Shown piece after piece: positions 19,198 to 28,605 of a stretch of DNA of 52,551 bases. The notes under the pieces are model-generated. The model did not search any database. It worked only from the letters and a program-made list of their open reading frames with translations, and was not told where the DNA came from. Within the stretch, counting starts at the first letter, position 1. Each line of letters begins with the position of its first letter. The DNA lies in assembly GCA_036390955.1 (NCBI GenBank), contig DASWAW010000325.1, positions 1 to 52,551 on the forward strand, given 5' to 3'. A program made the position numbers and the translations under genes. This stretch comes from Arthrobacter sp. (GTDB lineage: Bacteria > Actinomycetota > Actinomycetes > Actinomycetales > Micrococcaceae).

Positions 19198-21135
19198 ATG
19201 AGCGCGCCCATTCCAGAACCCGGTAACGTCCCACCTCCTTCCGGCGCGCCCGATGTGGCTGGCGATGCCGCCGCGATCGCCAAGGGCGCCGCAACCGGCG
19301 GAACCGCCGGGGCACTGAAAGCTGCTCTCAAAACAGGTTCCGGGCGCAAGGGCCTCATGTTCGCTGCAGCACTCCCGCTGATTGCCGGCATCGCCGTTGT
19401 CAGTATGGTCGCCGGCAGCGCCAGCAGTTCCGTTACGTCCCTGAAAGGCAGCCACGACGCGCTCTCCGCCAGCGTCGTCACAGCTGACTTCAAAGACGAG
19501 GCCATGGTCCAGACGCTTCAGGGCATCGGCGCCGAAACAAGCACGGACTGGCAGGTCCTGGCTGCGATCATCAAGATCCAGAAGGGACGCTTCGTAGACA
19601 AGGGCGTCGGCCCGTTCGGCCTGGATATGTCCAAGGTCGGCGAAGAGATCAGCGAGAAGGACGCCGCCGATCTGAACGCCTCCGCACGATATGTGGGCCG
19701 CAAGATCCTCGTGGCCGGCCAGGGAACGCTCTCGACCCTGGATAACCGGGCTCTGGATGCCGGAGCAGTCGACTACACCAGCAACGCAGGGACATCCGCC
19801 CGAAAAATCCCGGCCGACCAGAACGCCAAGGACCAACAGTCCGCCGTGAAAAAGCAATACGTCGCGGCCCTCTCCACCCTGCCGGTCAAGGGCAACCCCG
19901 CCATCGCCAACAGCGTGTACGCCCTCGCCCAGAACTGGGCCATGGGAGCCAACGCGTCGGACAGCAAATGCGCCGCCGGCTCCGTGACCCTGGGCGGATC
20001 CTCCACGGTGAAGCTCAACGACTCCCAGAAGAACTACGCGCAGTACATCATCAACACGGCAGCGAACCGGAGCATGCCCAAGAAGGCTGCGGTCATCGCC
20101 CTGTCCACAGCGCTGCAGGAATCCACCCTGAGGATGTACTGGAACCCCAAGGTCGACGGATCCCAGGAACTGGCCCCGGACACCTCCGCAGAGGGCACCG
20201 ACGGCTACTCGGTCGGGCTGTTCCAGCAGCAGGTCCACGGCAGCGAATACTCCTGGGGAACTGTCTCTGACGCCATGAACCCGGACAAGTCGGCGACCAT
20301 GTTCCTGAACGCGCTGGACCGGGTCTCCGGATGGGATGCCATGGACGTTTCCGTCGCGGCCCAGACCGTCCAGGTTTCCGCGTTCCCGAGCGCCTACGCC
20401 AAGTGGGAAGATATGGCCACCCAGCTGGTCACGGACCTAAAGCCCACCGGCAGCGGATCATTCAGTGACGGGGACTCCACACCGGCCCCCTCGGCCTCGC
20501 CGTCCCCGTCAGGAGACGCCACCGCGACGCCGTCCCCCACAGCGCCCGCAAAGCCGGTCATCTCCGCTGACGGCTGTACCTTCGGGGTCGGCTCCGGCTC
20601 CGCCGGCAAGGGCGATGACTACCCGTTCAAAGAGCCGGCCGGCGCCTGTGCCTGGTGCAGCGATGTCGACGCTGACGGGAACGTCGACCCGTGGACGCTG
20701 TACAAGCGCGAGTGCGTCTCGTTTGTCGCCTGGCGCATGAACGTCCAGATGGGCTGGAAAGAAGGCCAGCCATACCCGTTCACACCGTCCAAGCTGGGCC
20801 TGGGCGGCTTCGGCAGCGCCGTGGAGTGGAAGGGCAACCTGGCCAAGGCCGGATTCGTCACCGACAGCACTCCCAAGGTCGGTGCGATCGCCTGGTGGGA
20901 CGCATTTGTCACGGCTCCCAGTACGATTACCGGCGAGGCCGGCCACGTAGCAGTGGTCAGCGCCGTCAACGCTGACGGCACCATCAGTCTCGAAGAGTAC
21001 AACTTCAACCCGTGGCGGTACGGCACGCGCACCATCCCCGCAGCCGACGTCACCGGCTTCATCCACGTCGCCGACATCAGCGACACTTCACCATCCAGTA
21101 CCGCCTCACCCAGCCCCAGCCCGTCCGCCAAGTAA
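19198..21135 (+). CDS. Conjugation-associated peptidoglycan hydrolase (lysozyme-like domain plus CHAP)
   Basis: ALQES...SVGLFQQ domain; RECVSFVAWR, GHVAVV, EEYN CHAP triad. Confidence 0.85.
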   Translation: MSAPIPEPGNVPPPSGAPDVAGDAAAIAKGAATGGTAGALKAALKTGSGRKGLMFAAALPLIAGIAVVSMVAGSASSSVTSLKGSHDALSASVVTADFKDEAMVQTLQGIGAETSTDWQVLAAIIKIQKGRFVDKGVGPFGLDMSKVGEEISEKDAADLNASARYVGRKILVAGQGTLSTLDNRALDAGAVDYTSNAGTSARKIPADQNAKDQQSAVKKQYVAALSTLPVKGNPAIANSVYALAQNWAMGANASDSKCAAGSVTLGGSSTVKLNDSQKNYAQYIINTAANRSMPKKAAVIALSTALQESTLRMYWNPKVDGSQELAPDTSAEGTDGYSVGLFQQQVHGSEYSWGTVSDAMNPDKSATMFLNALDRVSGWDAMDVSVAAQTVQVSAFPSAYAKWEDMATQLVTDLKPTGSGSFSDGDSTPAPSASPSPSGDATATPSPTAPAKPVISADGCTFGVGSGSAGKGDDYPFKEPAGACAWCSDVDADGNVDPWTLYKRECVSFVAWRMNVQMGWKEGQPYPFTPSKLGLGGFGSAVEWKGNLAKAGFVTDSTPKVGAIAWWDAFVTAPSTITGEAGHVAVVSAVNADGTISLEEYNFNPWRYGTRTIPAADVTGFIHVADISDTSPSSTASPSPSPSAK

Positions 21136-21142
21136 GGACCCC

Positions 21143-21856
21143 ATGACCGAGCACCGTAATGCGCCGCACCCCGCTGTTGCCTTCGTCAAGAAGAACTTCG
21201 TGGTCCTCGGATTGACCACTGTCCTGGTCGGCTCGGTAGGGGCCTTCGCGATCGGTTCGATGACGCCGGAGCGGACAGCTGCTGCCGCACCAATGCCTTC
21301 CATCAGCTCCTCCGCGACGCTGGAAGGCAGTGGGGTGACACCGGGCGGCGCAACAGCGTCCGCTGGAGCCTCAGCAGGGGCCACCACAGCCCCGTCAGGC
21401 GCCTCGGGATCCGCCGGGGGCTCACAGGCGGGTGCTGGGACTGCGGGCGGCTCCACAGGCCAGCAGGCAGGCGGCGCAACGGCTACAACAGCACCGGTCC
21501 GGTCGCAAACCACGGTCACGGTCGGTGCCGCTCCCCAGGCTCCGAAGATCCAGGACTGGAACCCGGTGGCGAAATCGTTCGCAGCTGCCTGGTCCAACCC
21601 CGGCATCGGCAAGGACGCCTGGCTGGCAGCCATGAAGCCGTACGTCACCGCATCGCTGTACTCGAGCTTCCAGCTCACCGACATCCGCTCCGTCCCGGCC
21701 GACAAGGTGACCGACGTCAGCTCCGACCGGCACAGCGAACGCACCTACATCTTCACGCCTCGGTTCGCATCCGGCACCCCGCGGTTCACCGCCTCCATCA
21801 CCATCCAGAACGACGGATCCTGGCTCGTTGACGGGGTCACTCCCCCGGAGAAGTAA
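21143..21856 (+). CDS. Membrane-anchored hypothetical protein (conjugation accessory)
   Basis: TM, Ala/Gly/Thr linker, FAAAW...WLAAMKPY...WLV domain; follows the hydrolase gene. Confidence 0.65.
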   Translation: MTEHRNAPHPAVAFVKKNFVVLGLTTVLVGSVGAFAIGSMTPERTAAAAPMPSISSSATLEGSGVTPGGATASAGASAGATTAPSGASGSAGGSQAGAGTAGGSTGQQAGGATATTAPVRSQTTVTVGAAPQAPKIQDWNPVAKSFAAAWSNPGIGKDAWLAAMKPYVTASLYSSFQLTDIRSVPADKVTDVSSDRHSERTYIFTPRFASGTPRFTASITIQNDGSWLVDGVTPPEK

Positions 21857-21888
21857 GCCGGCCGGCAGCAGCCGGCTCCCAGGAACCA

Positions 21889-21920
21889 GAAAGCCCCCGT
21901 CCAGCTGGACGGGGGCTTTC
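21889..21920. terminator. Bidirectional terminator
   Basis: GAAAGCCCCCGTCCAGCTGGACGGGGGCTTTC perfect palindrome. Confidence 0.8.
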
Positions 21921-21951
21921 GACTGGGTTGTGTCGTCTGTCAGGCAGGTGG

Positions 21952-22653
21952 TCAGATCATCGAGTCGCGGCGCGCGTCGATGACTTCCTCGGAGACGATG
22001 TTCATGCTTTCGCCGAGGTTCTTCATGACCTGGAGCATCTCCTTCTCGGTGGTGTCCTCGAAGACCTTCTCCAGGGCGTGGTGTATCTGGTACAGCTTGT
22101 ACTTCGCCTGGATCTCTTCCACGGTCAGGGTTTCCGTGAACAGCTCGATCTCATGGTCCCGTACCTTGATGTTCTCGTCCGGGAACCGATGGGCGTGCGG
22201 TGCGTGGAAGAGCATCTGTGCCGCCCGAACCAGCTGCCGTGAGTCGTACGTTCCCAACCACATGGGTCGCTCGTTGGTGAGGTCCTCACGCACCTGGTTC
22301 TTGAACGGAGCCAGCTCCGCCTGGAATTTCTCCTCCCAGGCCTCAAGCTTGAAGCGTGGCTTCGGGTTCTCGACTACCCAGTTTGTCTTCCAGTCGTCAA
22401 CCCGCTGCTTGAAGCCGGCCTCGACTTCAGCGGTCCTTGTCTCGTGGTAGACCGACTCCGCCTGGCTGATGATCTCGTCCGGGATAACGATGTTGGACCA
22501 GAAGTTGAGGCAGTGCTCCGCCGTACTGGACGGTGAAGGCTTGAAGAACGACCCGTCGTTACGGTCGAACAGCTTCACGGGCGATTCGGCATGCGCCGCG
22601 GCGGCGAACTGACCGCCTTCCGGCACCCCGCCTGAGGTCCTGTTGTCGTTCAT
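21952..22653 (-). CDS. Hypothetical protein with N-terminal GVPEGGQFA peptide
   Basis: Codon bias; AAGGGAG upstream of ATG 22653. Confidence 0.7.
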   Translation of the reverse strand: MNDNRTSGGVPEGGQFAAAAHAESPVKLFDRNDGSFFKPSPSSTAEHCLNFWSNIVIPDEIISQAESVYHETRTAEVEAGFKQRVDDWKTNWVVENPKPRFKLEAWEEKFQAELAPFKNQVREDLTNERPMWLGTYDSRQLVRAAQMLFHAPHAHRFPDENIKVRDHEIELFTETLTVEEIQAKYKLYQIHHALEKVFEDTTEKEMLQVMKNLGESMNIVSEEVIDARRDSMI

Positions 22654-22713
22654 TGCGTTAATCGCTCCCTTGGTGCTTTTGTCTGATGTTCTTGAGTTCC
22701 CGCTGACCATACA

Positions 22714-22721
22714 GTGTGCGG
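22714..22721 (-). promoter_or_regulatory. Class C motif (CCGCACAC)
   Basis: Upstream of 21952..22653. Confidence 0.5.
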
Positions 22722-22734
22722 CCGCGGCCCGATG

Positions 22735-25731
22735 TTACCGGCTCGCCCGATCCGGCCGAGCCGGTGCGTCCTTCAACGGGGCAGCCGCGGCAGGGACGGG
22801 CTCCCTTGTAACGCGTGGGACGACTGAAATCTGAGCCGTGCTCGGGCCCGAGGGGTTGGGCCGCTCGGCGGGTGTTGCCTGCGTCGGCGCACCCTCTCCA
22901 CCGGCCGGAGTGTTGGCCCCAGTGCCGGAAGACTGCTTCTGCTTCGTCTTCGCGCTGCCGCCATTGCCACCACCCTTGGGCTTGGTCTTCTCGATGCCCG
23001 CGCGGTAGTCGTTGACCATCGAGTCGTTCTTGGCGCGCTGGCCGGCCGGCGTGGCCTTGTAAGCCTTCTTGGCGCCGTACCCGATCGCGAGTGCCGCCAC
23101 CGGGAGTGCGATGCCACCGGTAGCCGCCAGGGCGGTACCGAGTACGACGGCGCCGGCCGTCTTCTTCGCAGCCTTGCCCAGGAACTGGACCGGGCGGTCC
23201 TTGAGCTCCTGGTGTGCGTTCGCCATGTTGTTCTTGACGCTGGCGAGCCGGCGGCCGACGAAGGTGTCAGGAGTGGTGATGCCCATTGCTTCGCGCTGTT
23301 CCTTGTTGTGGCGCTTCGCGGCGGCGAGCTCGTCCGCGGCCATGCCCTTGACCACGGCCCGTTCTTCCCTGCTGCCCATTTTGCCCTTGGCCAGCTGGGA
23401 GTTTGCGACACGCGACGTCGAGAGGAGGGTGTGGTCCATGCGCTCGACAGTCGGCTTCGAAGCACCCGATGTTGCAGCTGCTGTCTCGGCGCCCGTGGTC
23501 GATTCCCCGGACCCTGCCGCGACAGCCTCTTCGGTGCCCCGCGTGGTCGACTCTTCCATGCCTTCCTTGCCGCCCTTGCCCTTGTTCTTGCGGCGAGCGG
23601 ACTCGATGCCGGCCCCGGCGAGAACACCCTTGGCGGCATCTTCCAGACCGGCCGGTGCTGCAGCGTTGCGGCGTCCGCTGGATGCTCCGGCGACACCACC
23701 GATACGCCCACCGGTTGCACGGCCCACTGCGGTGCTGAGGCCACGCTTGCCGGAATCGATGCTGCCCTTCGCGGCGTTGCTTGCCCGGCCCTTCATGCGG
23801 GACTGTCCGCGCTCCAGGAGGCTGGAGACACCGGCGAATGCGGCGCCGCCGGCGGCGGAGCCCATGGCGTTACCCCAGGAGAGCCCGCCTGAGACGGAGA
23901 ACGGGGACGGGATCTTCATGACCTTGGTGAACATCATGTGCAGGATGCCGACTGCCACGAGCGGGGCCATGCCGGACCAGACCGTGGCGACGACGGATGA
24001 GTCTCCGCCGAGCATGTTGGTGCCGACCTCCTGGAGGAGCCGGGTGAACACAGAGACGAACGCGAAGATCAGTTGGATGGAGAAGATGAACAGGGTCATG
24101 CCCATCATGGTCTTCAGGAACCCGCCGAGCTTGCCCATGTCCGCACCGGGCATAAGCGCCTGGAGCATCATGAAGAACGCGATCACGATCATGACGACCA
24201 GGGCGATCTTGGAAACGATGATCGCAATGGAGATCAGGCCGAAGACAATGAGCATCCCGAGGGCGCCGAGGTTGTAGGCCAGGATCGTGGTCATGCCGGC
24301 CTGGTTGTCGTTGCCGTGCATCGTGCGGATGAACTGACGGACCGCGAGTCCCGCGCTCTTGTCATCCGTGGTCGTCCTGGTGTTGACCGAGTCACCGGAG
24401 GTGGACCATTCGAAGTTGTCCAGGGAATCGTTGGGAACATTCCAGAACTTCCGGCAGGTGTCCTGGTCGGCCTTGTGCTCCTTGTCGCCCTTGTTGAATG
24501 CGTCGACATCCCAGTTGTTCTTGTTCGACCAGTCTGCGCCGGCGGGGAGCTTGCAGGTCGCCCAGCCGACGAGGGAGTGGTCAACGCGGGTGTTGTCTGA
24601 AGGGACAAACGCCGTTGAGTCCCACACCGGGGAGCTGTTGTCGGGCAAGGGTGTGCCGCTGGCGCGGAAGACGTCGCCAAGGATATTCCGGACTGAGCCA
24701 TACTCGTTCTGGTCGGAGGGAACTACGACAGCAACAGCTGCCTTCTGGTCCAGGAAGTGGCACCAGACGTTGCCGCTCATCCCGTCGTCCTTGGCGTTGC
24801 CGAACTGGGCGGTGCGCCATGCCCGGAGGCCGGTGGTTTCCCAGATGGAGGAGAGGATCAGCGGAACACCCGAGGAAAGCTTGGCGGGGCCCGAGTAGAC
24901 GCCCATGTACTCCTGCTTCAGCGCCAGTGTGTAGTCGCTGCAGTTGAGCGGGTCAGCGCCCTTCATGGTGGTTCCCTTGCCGGTGTCCAGGGACAGCGCA
25001 GCTGCCGGTGCTGAAGCCAGGGAAGACACCGTGTTGTTCATCGTGGTGACGATCCAACCCGGTGAGCCGACGCCCGGGTGGTATGCGCCGGCCTGGCCTT
25101 CAAAGCCGCCGCCAGTGGTCTTGCCGGCGCCGATGACCATGATGACGAAAACACCGACGATCACAGCCTTCATCATGATGGGCTTCCACTGCATGGTGCC
25201 GCGGCGCATACCGTTGATGAGCAAGCCGATGACGCCGATGAAGACGAGGCCCGCGAGCAGTCCGCTGCCCGGGCTCAGCATGGATTCGCCGATGGTGTGG
25301 CCGATCTGGTCGGCGGCACCTCCGGCGGACTCCAGGATGCAGAAGTTGATCGCGAAGCCGGCAAGACCCGTACCCAGGCTCCACATGAAGTTTCCGGTAG
25401 CCATGCCACCGTTCTGGAGCGCGTTGCGCTGGACCATTTCGGCGTTGATGCCGAACGTTCCGCCGTCGAGGCGGCTGTGCATGTCAGCGGTCGACTGGGC
25501 CCAGCGGGAGACCGGCAGGACCGGCGACTGTGTAGCGCCGTCAGCGGACGGGCAGACAGAAGGTTCGGTTACTGCGGGGACTACTGAATGTACCGCGGCC
25601 GGGGCCGAGAGAACAACGCTGGATGCTGTGGCCGGCGGCATGGCTGCTTCGGCGGTGGGTGCGAATCCGAAGAGGAATACCGCTGCGACTGCAGCGATAG
25701 CTCCGGCCCGGGTGAACAGGGTCTTTTTCAT
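22735..25731 (-). CDS. Large polytopic conjugation membrane protein (VirB6/TcpH-like)
   Basis: Signal peptide, multiple TM segments, long basic/Ala-rich C-terminus; follows a TcpE-like gene. Confidence 0.65.
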   Translation of the reverse strand: MKKTLFTRAGAIAAVAAVFLFGFAPTAEAAMPPATASSVVLSAPAAVHSVVPAVTEPSVCPSADGATQSPVLPVSRWAQSTADMHSRLDGGTFGINAEMVQRNALQNGGMATGNFMWSLGTGLAGFAINFCILESAGGAADQIGHTIGESMLSPGSGLLAGLVFIGVIGLLINGMRRGTMQWKPIMMKAVIVGVFVIMVIGAGKTTGGGFEGQAGAYHPGVGSPGWIVTTMNNTVSSLASAPAAALSLDTGKGTTMKGADPLNCSDYTLALKQEYMGVYSGPAKLSSGVPLILSSIWETTGLRAWRTAQFGNAKDDGMSGNVWCHFLDQKAAVAVVVPSDQNEYGSVRNILGDVFRASGTPLPDNSSPVWDSTAFVPSDNTRVDHSLVGWATCKLPAGADWSNKNNWDVDAFNKGDKEHKADQDTCRKFWNVPNDSLDNFEWSTSGDSVNTRTTTDDKSAGLAVRQFIRTMHGNDNQAGMTTILAYNLGALGMLIVFGLISIAIIVSKIALVVMIVIAFFMMLQALMPGADMGKLGGFLKTMMGMTLFIFSIQLIFAFVSVFTRLLQEVGTNMLGGDSSVVATVWSGMAPLVAVGILHMMFTKVMKIPSPFSVSGGLSWGNAMGSAAGGAAFAGVSSLLERGQSRMKGRASNAAKGSIDSGKRGLSTAVGRATGGRIGGVAGASSGRRNAAAPAGLEDAAKGVLAGAGIESARRKNKGKGGKEGMEESTTRGTEEAVAAGSGESTTGAETAAATSGASKPTVERMDHTLLSTSRVANSQLAKGKMGSREERAVVKGMAADELAAAKRHNKEQREAMGITTPDTFVGRRLASVKNNMANAHQELKDRPVQFLGKAAKKTAGAVVLGTALAATGGIALPVAALAIGYGAKKAYKATPAGQRAKNDSMVNDYRAGIEKTKPKGGGNGGSAKTKQKQSSGTGANTPAGGEGAPTQATPAERPNPSGPSTAQISVVPRVTREPVPAAAAPLKDAPARPDRASR

Positions 25732-26180
25732 CGGATGAATTCCTCAAAGTCTTTGGTACGGCTGTCGGCCGGGTGGTTTCCGCTGCCATCGACCGGACGG
25801 ACCGGGACGGTAATCTGGCGGATTGTGCCGAACTCCGCGGCGCCTACCTCGATGGGCTGGCCGCAGAGGAAGAACTGGTTGACGCTGGACTTCTTCTTGT
25901 CCAGGAGCCCTTCGTAGGTCCGGAGTTTCAGGCCGTCGGTGGAGCGCCGTTCAATCAGGTAGAAGGCTCCACCCATGAGGATCGGCAGCCACAGGAAGGC
26001 CCAGACGTTCACGAAGGGGTAGAACATGGCGGACAGGATGCCGCCGGGGACCAGGGAGAGTGTGCTGACCCAGAAGGTCCGCCATTTCATTTCGACTGTC
26101 CCGATGACCGTCGTGCGTTCCGAACCGGAGGTCCGTCCCGTCATGGGGGTCAGCGAGTACAGCGAGCCGTAGGCGGCCAC
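25728..26180 (-). CDS. PrgI/TcpE (VirB3)-like two-TM protein
   Basis: Two central TMs; overlaps the start of the next gene. Confidence 0.55.
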   Translation of the reverse strand: MAAYGSLYSLTPMTGRTSGSERTTVIGTVEMKWRTFWVSTLSLVPGGILSAMFYPFVNVWAFLWLPILMGGAFYLIERRSTDGLKLRTYEGLLDKKKSSVNQFFLCGQPIEVGAAEFGTIRQITVPVRPVDGSGNHPADSRTKDFEEFIR

Positions 26181-26262
26181 GGGTTTCCTTTCAAACGTGA
26201 GCCGGGGCCGTGTGGCCCCGGCTCAGCGGGAGTTGCTACCGGGTGGTGCGTGGTGGGGAGTT

Positions 26263-26613
26263 TTATGCTCCGCCGGTCATCGCCTTGAAGACCGAGATGC
26301 CGATGTTGGCCACGCCGTCCAGGATCGTCAGCAGCAGGGGAAGCAGCACGGTCGGCGCGACGAGCACGCAACCGACGAGCAGGGCACCCCAGAGCGGCTG
26401 GTGGTTGCCGGCTCCGCCCTGGCGGCGGCGCTCCCAGACCCATTTGCCGATGGCGATGACCACGAGGGCCACGCCGACGAAGGACATCATGCTGGTGATC
26501 AGGGGGAAGCCTGCGGTGATGGCGCCCCAGAAGGTGGACCAGCTGCCCTTGAGGTTTACGTCCGCCATAGGAACGGCGGCGGTGATGATGGTGTGCATCG
26601 TCGTGCCTTTCAT
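26263..26613 (-). CDS. Small two-TM conjugation protein (TcpD/VirB2-like)
   Basis: Hydrophobic 116 aa; first gene of the membrane operon. Confidence 0.55.
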   Translation of the reverse strand: MKGTTMHTIITAAVPMADVNLKGSWSTFWGAITAGFPLITSMMSFVGVALVVIAIGKWVWERRRQGGAGNHQPLWGALLVGCVLVAPTVLLPLLLTILDGVANIGISVFKAMTGGA

Positions 26614-26672
26614 TTTGTCTGCCGGAGCAGTCCCACCCGGTGTGGGTATTTCTTTTCTGTACTGCTAATTGA

Positions 26673-26696
26673 CATGCGTAGAAGTGCTGGCCACGG
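26673..26696 (-). promoter_or_regulatory. Class B motif CCGTG-N13-CGCATG
   Basis: Upstream of conjugation membrane operon 26613->22735. Confidence 0.6.
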
Positions 26697-26701
26697 CCGT
26701 T

Positions 26702-27130
26702 TTAGGCGGCGAGGCCTTCCAGCACGCGCTGGACGGTGCGGTCCTCGTGGAGCCGGGCACGGTTCGTGTCCGAGATGTCCCACCCGTGGGCGGCGACGGC
26801 GCGGACGAACGGGTTCCGGTCGTGGGAGGCCCGGTCGGCGGTGCCGGCGTAGCCGGTGTGGGCCGCAGCCAGGCGCACCGAGGTGTCCTGGGACGGTGCG
26901 GCAAGCCGCTCCAGGACGTCATCCGTGATCGCCGGGCTGGAGGTCAGCTCGGCGAGGACGTATGCGTCGTGGCTGTGGGAAAGGTCGCGGATCTGGTCCG
27001 GGGTGGCGTGGTCCAGATTCGGGAAGGAGGGCTGGCGGCCAAGGCTCAGGTCACCTTCCGTGTGGATGCTGCCGGTGAAGCGGCCAGCACCCTTGATTCC
27101 CTTGAGGACTCGGAGCTGCTTATCTGCCAT
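26702..27130 (-). CDS. Small helical-repeat (LRV/HEAT-like) protein with a variant N-terminal peptide
   Basis: LERLA...D.SVRLAAA and NPFVRAVAA repeats; GAGAGGA RBS. Confidence 0.65.
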   Translation of the reverse strand: MADKQLRVLKGIKGAGRFTGSIHTEGDLSLGRQPSFPNLDHATPDQIRDLSHSHDAYVLAELTSSPAITDDVLERLAAPSQDTSVRLAAAHTGYAGTADRASHDRNPFVRAVAAHGWDISDTNRARLHEDRTVQRVLEGLAA

Positions 27131-27146
27131 GGTGTTCCTCTCGTGC

Positions 27147-28244
27147 TTAGGAGTTGTGCTTGTTGTTGGCGAAGGCGACCGCGGAGGCCCACATGATGTC
27201 GGCCTTCTCGGGCTTGTCGGCGCCGATGCGCTCGAGCAGGCCGATGACGCTTTCGCGCTGGTGGATGTCGATCGTGCCGAACGGTGCGAACAGGGCCTCG
27301 GTGGTGGGGCTGTCCTTGCCGTCTGACCAGGCCTTGCAGGCAGCCATGACGCCGCCCTCCTGGGCCTCCATGAGCTTGCGGATCTCGGTGACCTTGCGCT
27401 GGGAGATCGTGCCCGGCAGTGCCAGCGGAAGCTCGGCACGCTCGGCGATGGCGTTCCAGGCGTAGCGCTTGGCTTCGGCCTTGTTCGCTGCACCAGTGGT
27501 TTCCAGTGCCGTGAAGGCCCGGTCCATGTAGGAGTCCGGCTCGATGTAGTGGCCGGAGTTTTCCGGGTTCACCAGGCTCGCGCCGAGGGTGGATTCGACG
27601 CCACCGTCTTCACCGAAGCTGCGGTCCAGCGAGGTGTCCACGGTGTGCGGGGTGCGGAAATCCTTGGACGGCTTGTGGCGCGGGTCGTGCCACTCGTCGA
27701 GAACGATCTGTGCCACGGTGTCTTCCTCACGCTGGGTCAGCGAACGGCCGAGCAGGCCCTGTGCTTCATCGCGCTTGGCGACGAAGAGGCGGTAGGCACG
27801 GCGGTCTTCGGCGCGGAACTTGTTAGCCGTGGCCCGGACGGTGACGTTGGCAGTCACCGAGTTCACCAGTTGGCGGAAGTCCGTGATGGGACCACCCTTT
27901 TTGACGCGCTCCAGGATCTGGAGGATGGCTTCCTGGGCGATGTCGTCCACGTCTTTGTCGTTGGACTTGCCGGCCTGGTTGTAATACGCCTGGTGGTACA
28001 CAGCCGAGCTGTGGGCTACTTCGACGAGCCGCTCCGCCGAGGTGTACTTCGCCAGGAGGGAGTTCATGTCCGCGCCTATCAGGTCCTCGACCATGACGGA
28101 GCCTGCGTGCAGCTGGGTCTGACCCAGGACGACGTCGGATTCGGAGTGGCGGTTCGCGGCGAATTCGCCGCCCGAGGGCACGCCTGCCTCGACACGGTTC
28201 GGTGCGAAGGAGGTGCCGGCTGCGGAAGTTTTCGAGTTGCTCAT
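27147..28244 (-). CDS. Divergent sigma70-family-like protein
   Basis: DVDDIAQEAILQILE (region 2-like), LGRSLTQREE (region 3.1-like), SLDRSFGEDGGVESTLGASL (region 3.2-like). Confidence 0.6.
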   Translation of the reverse strand: MSNSKTSAAGTSFAPNRVEAGVPSGGEFAANRHSESDVVLGQTQLHAGSVMVEDLIGADMNSLLAKYTSAERLVEVAHSSAVYHQAYYNQAGKSNDKDVDDIAQEAILQILERVKKGGPITDFRQLVNSVTANVTVRATANKFRAEDRRAYRLFVAKRDEAQGLLGRSLTQREEDTVAQIVLDEWHDPRHKPSKDFRTPHTVDTSLDRSFGEDGGVESTLGASLVNPENSGHYIEPDSYMDRAFTALETTGAANKAEAKRYAWNAIAERAELPLALPGTISQRKVTEIRKLMEAQEGGVMAACKAWSDGKDSPTTEALFAPFGTIDIHQRESVIGLLERIGADKPEKADIMWASAVAFANNKHNS

Positions 28245-28251
28245 GCCCTCT

Positions 28252-28260
28252 TGTGTGCGG
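28252..28260 (-). promoter_or_regulatory. Class C motif
   Basis: CGCACA lies 9 nt before ATG 28244. Confidence 0.6.
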
Positions 28261-28420
28261 CTGAATCAAAAAACGCGCAGCGGCCGCCGGGTCAGTTTCA
28301 GGCGGGCTCGATCAGGAGCTTTCCGCGGCAGCAGATGGCTGGATTTTTGGGGCTCGCCGAGGGCCGCCAGCCGGTCGGGGTGTCCCCAATCCTGGGGGCC
28401 GGTCGGGCCCCTTTCAGGGG

Positions 28421-28547
28421 TGGTCCTTTTGGGGTGGTCCACCCTGGTCCTTTTGGTGGTCCTTTTGCTGGTCCACAGGTGGTCCATCCCCGGTCCATGC
28501 GGTGGTCCTTTGAGTGGTCCATCGCTGGTCCTTTACTGTCGGGGACC
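28421..28547. repeat. Array of 10 GGTCC units (10-14 bp spacing) plus one GGACC
   Basis: GGTCC at 28422, 28436, 28446, 28458, 28470, 28481, 28492, 28504, 28516, 28527. Confidence 0.9.
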
Positions 28548-28605
28548 ACCCCTAGACTGGGCAGCCGACGGCCCTTCCGGTGGCCGGGGAGCAGGAAGGA
28601 CGGCA

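Noticed and set aside
28421-28547. CRISPR or simple microsatellite
   Set aside because: Units are 5-bp cores at 10-14 bp spacing with no unique long spacers.
28213-28605. N-terminal extension of the DUF2637 ORF through the GGTCC array
   Set aside because: ATG 28606 has a better RBS (AGGAAGGA), and the extension would overlap the divergent gene start.
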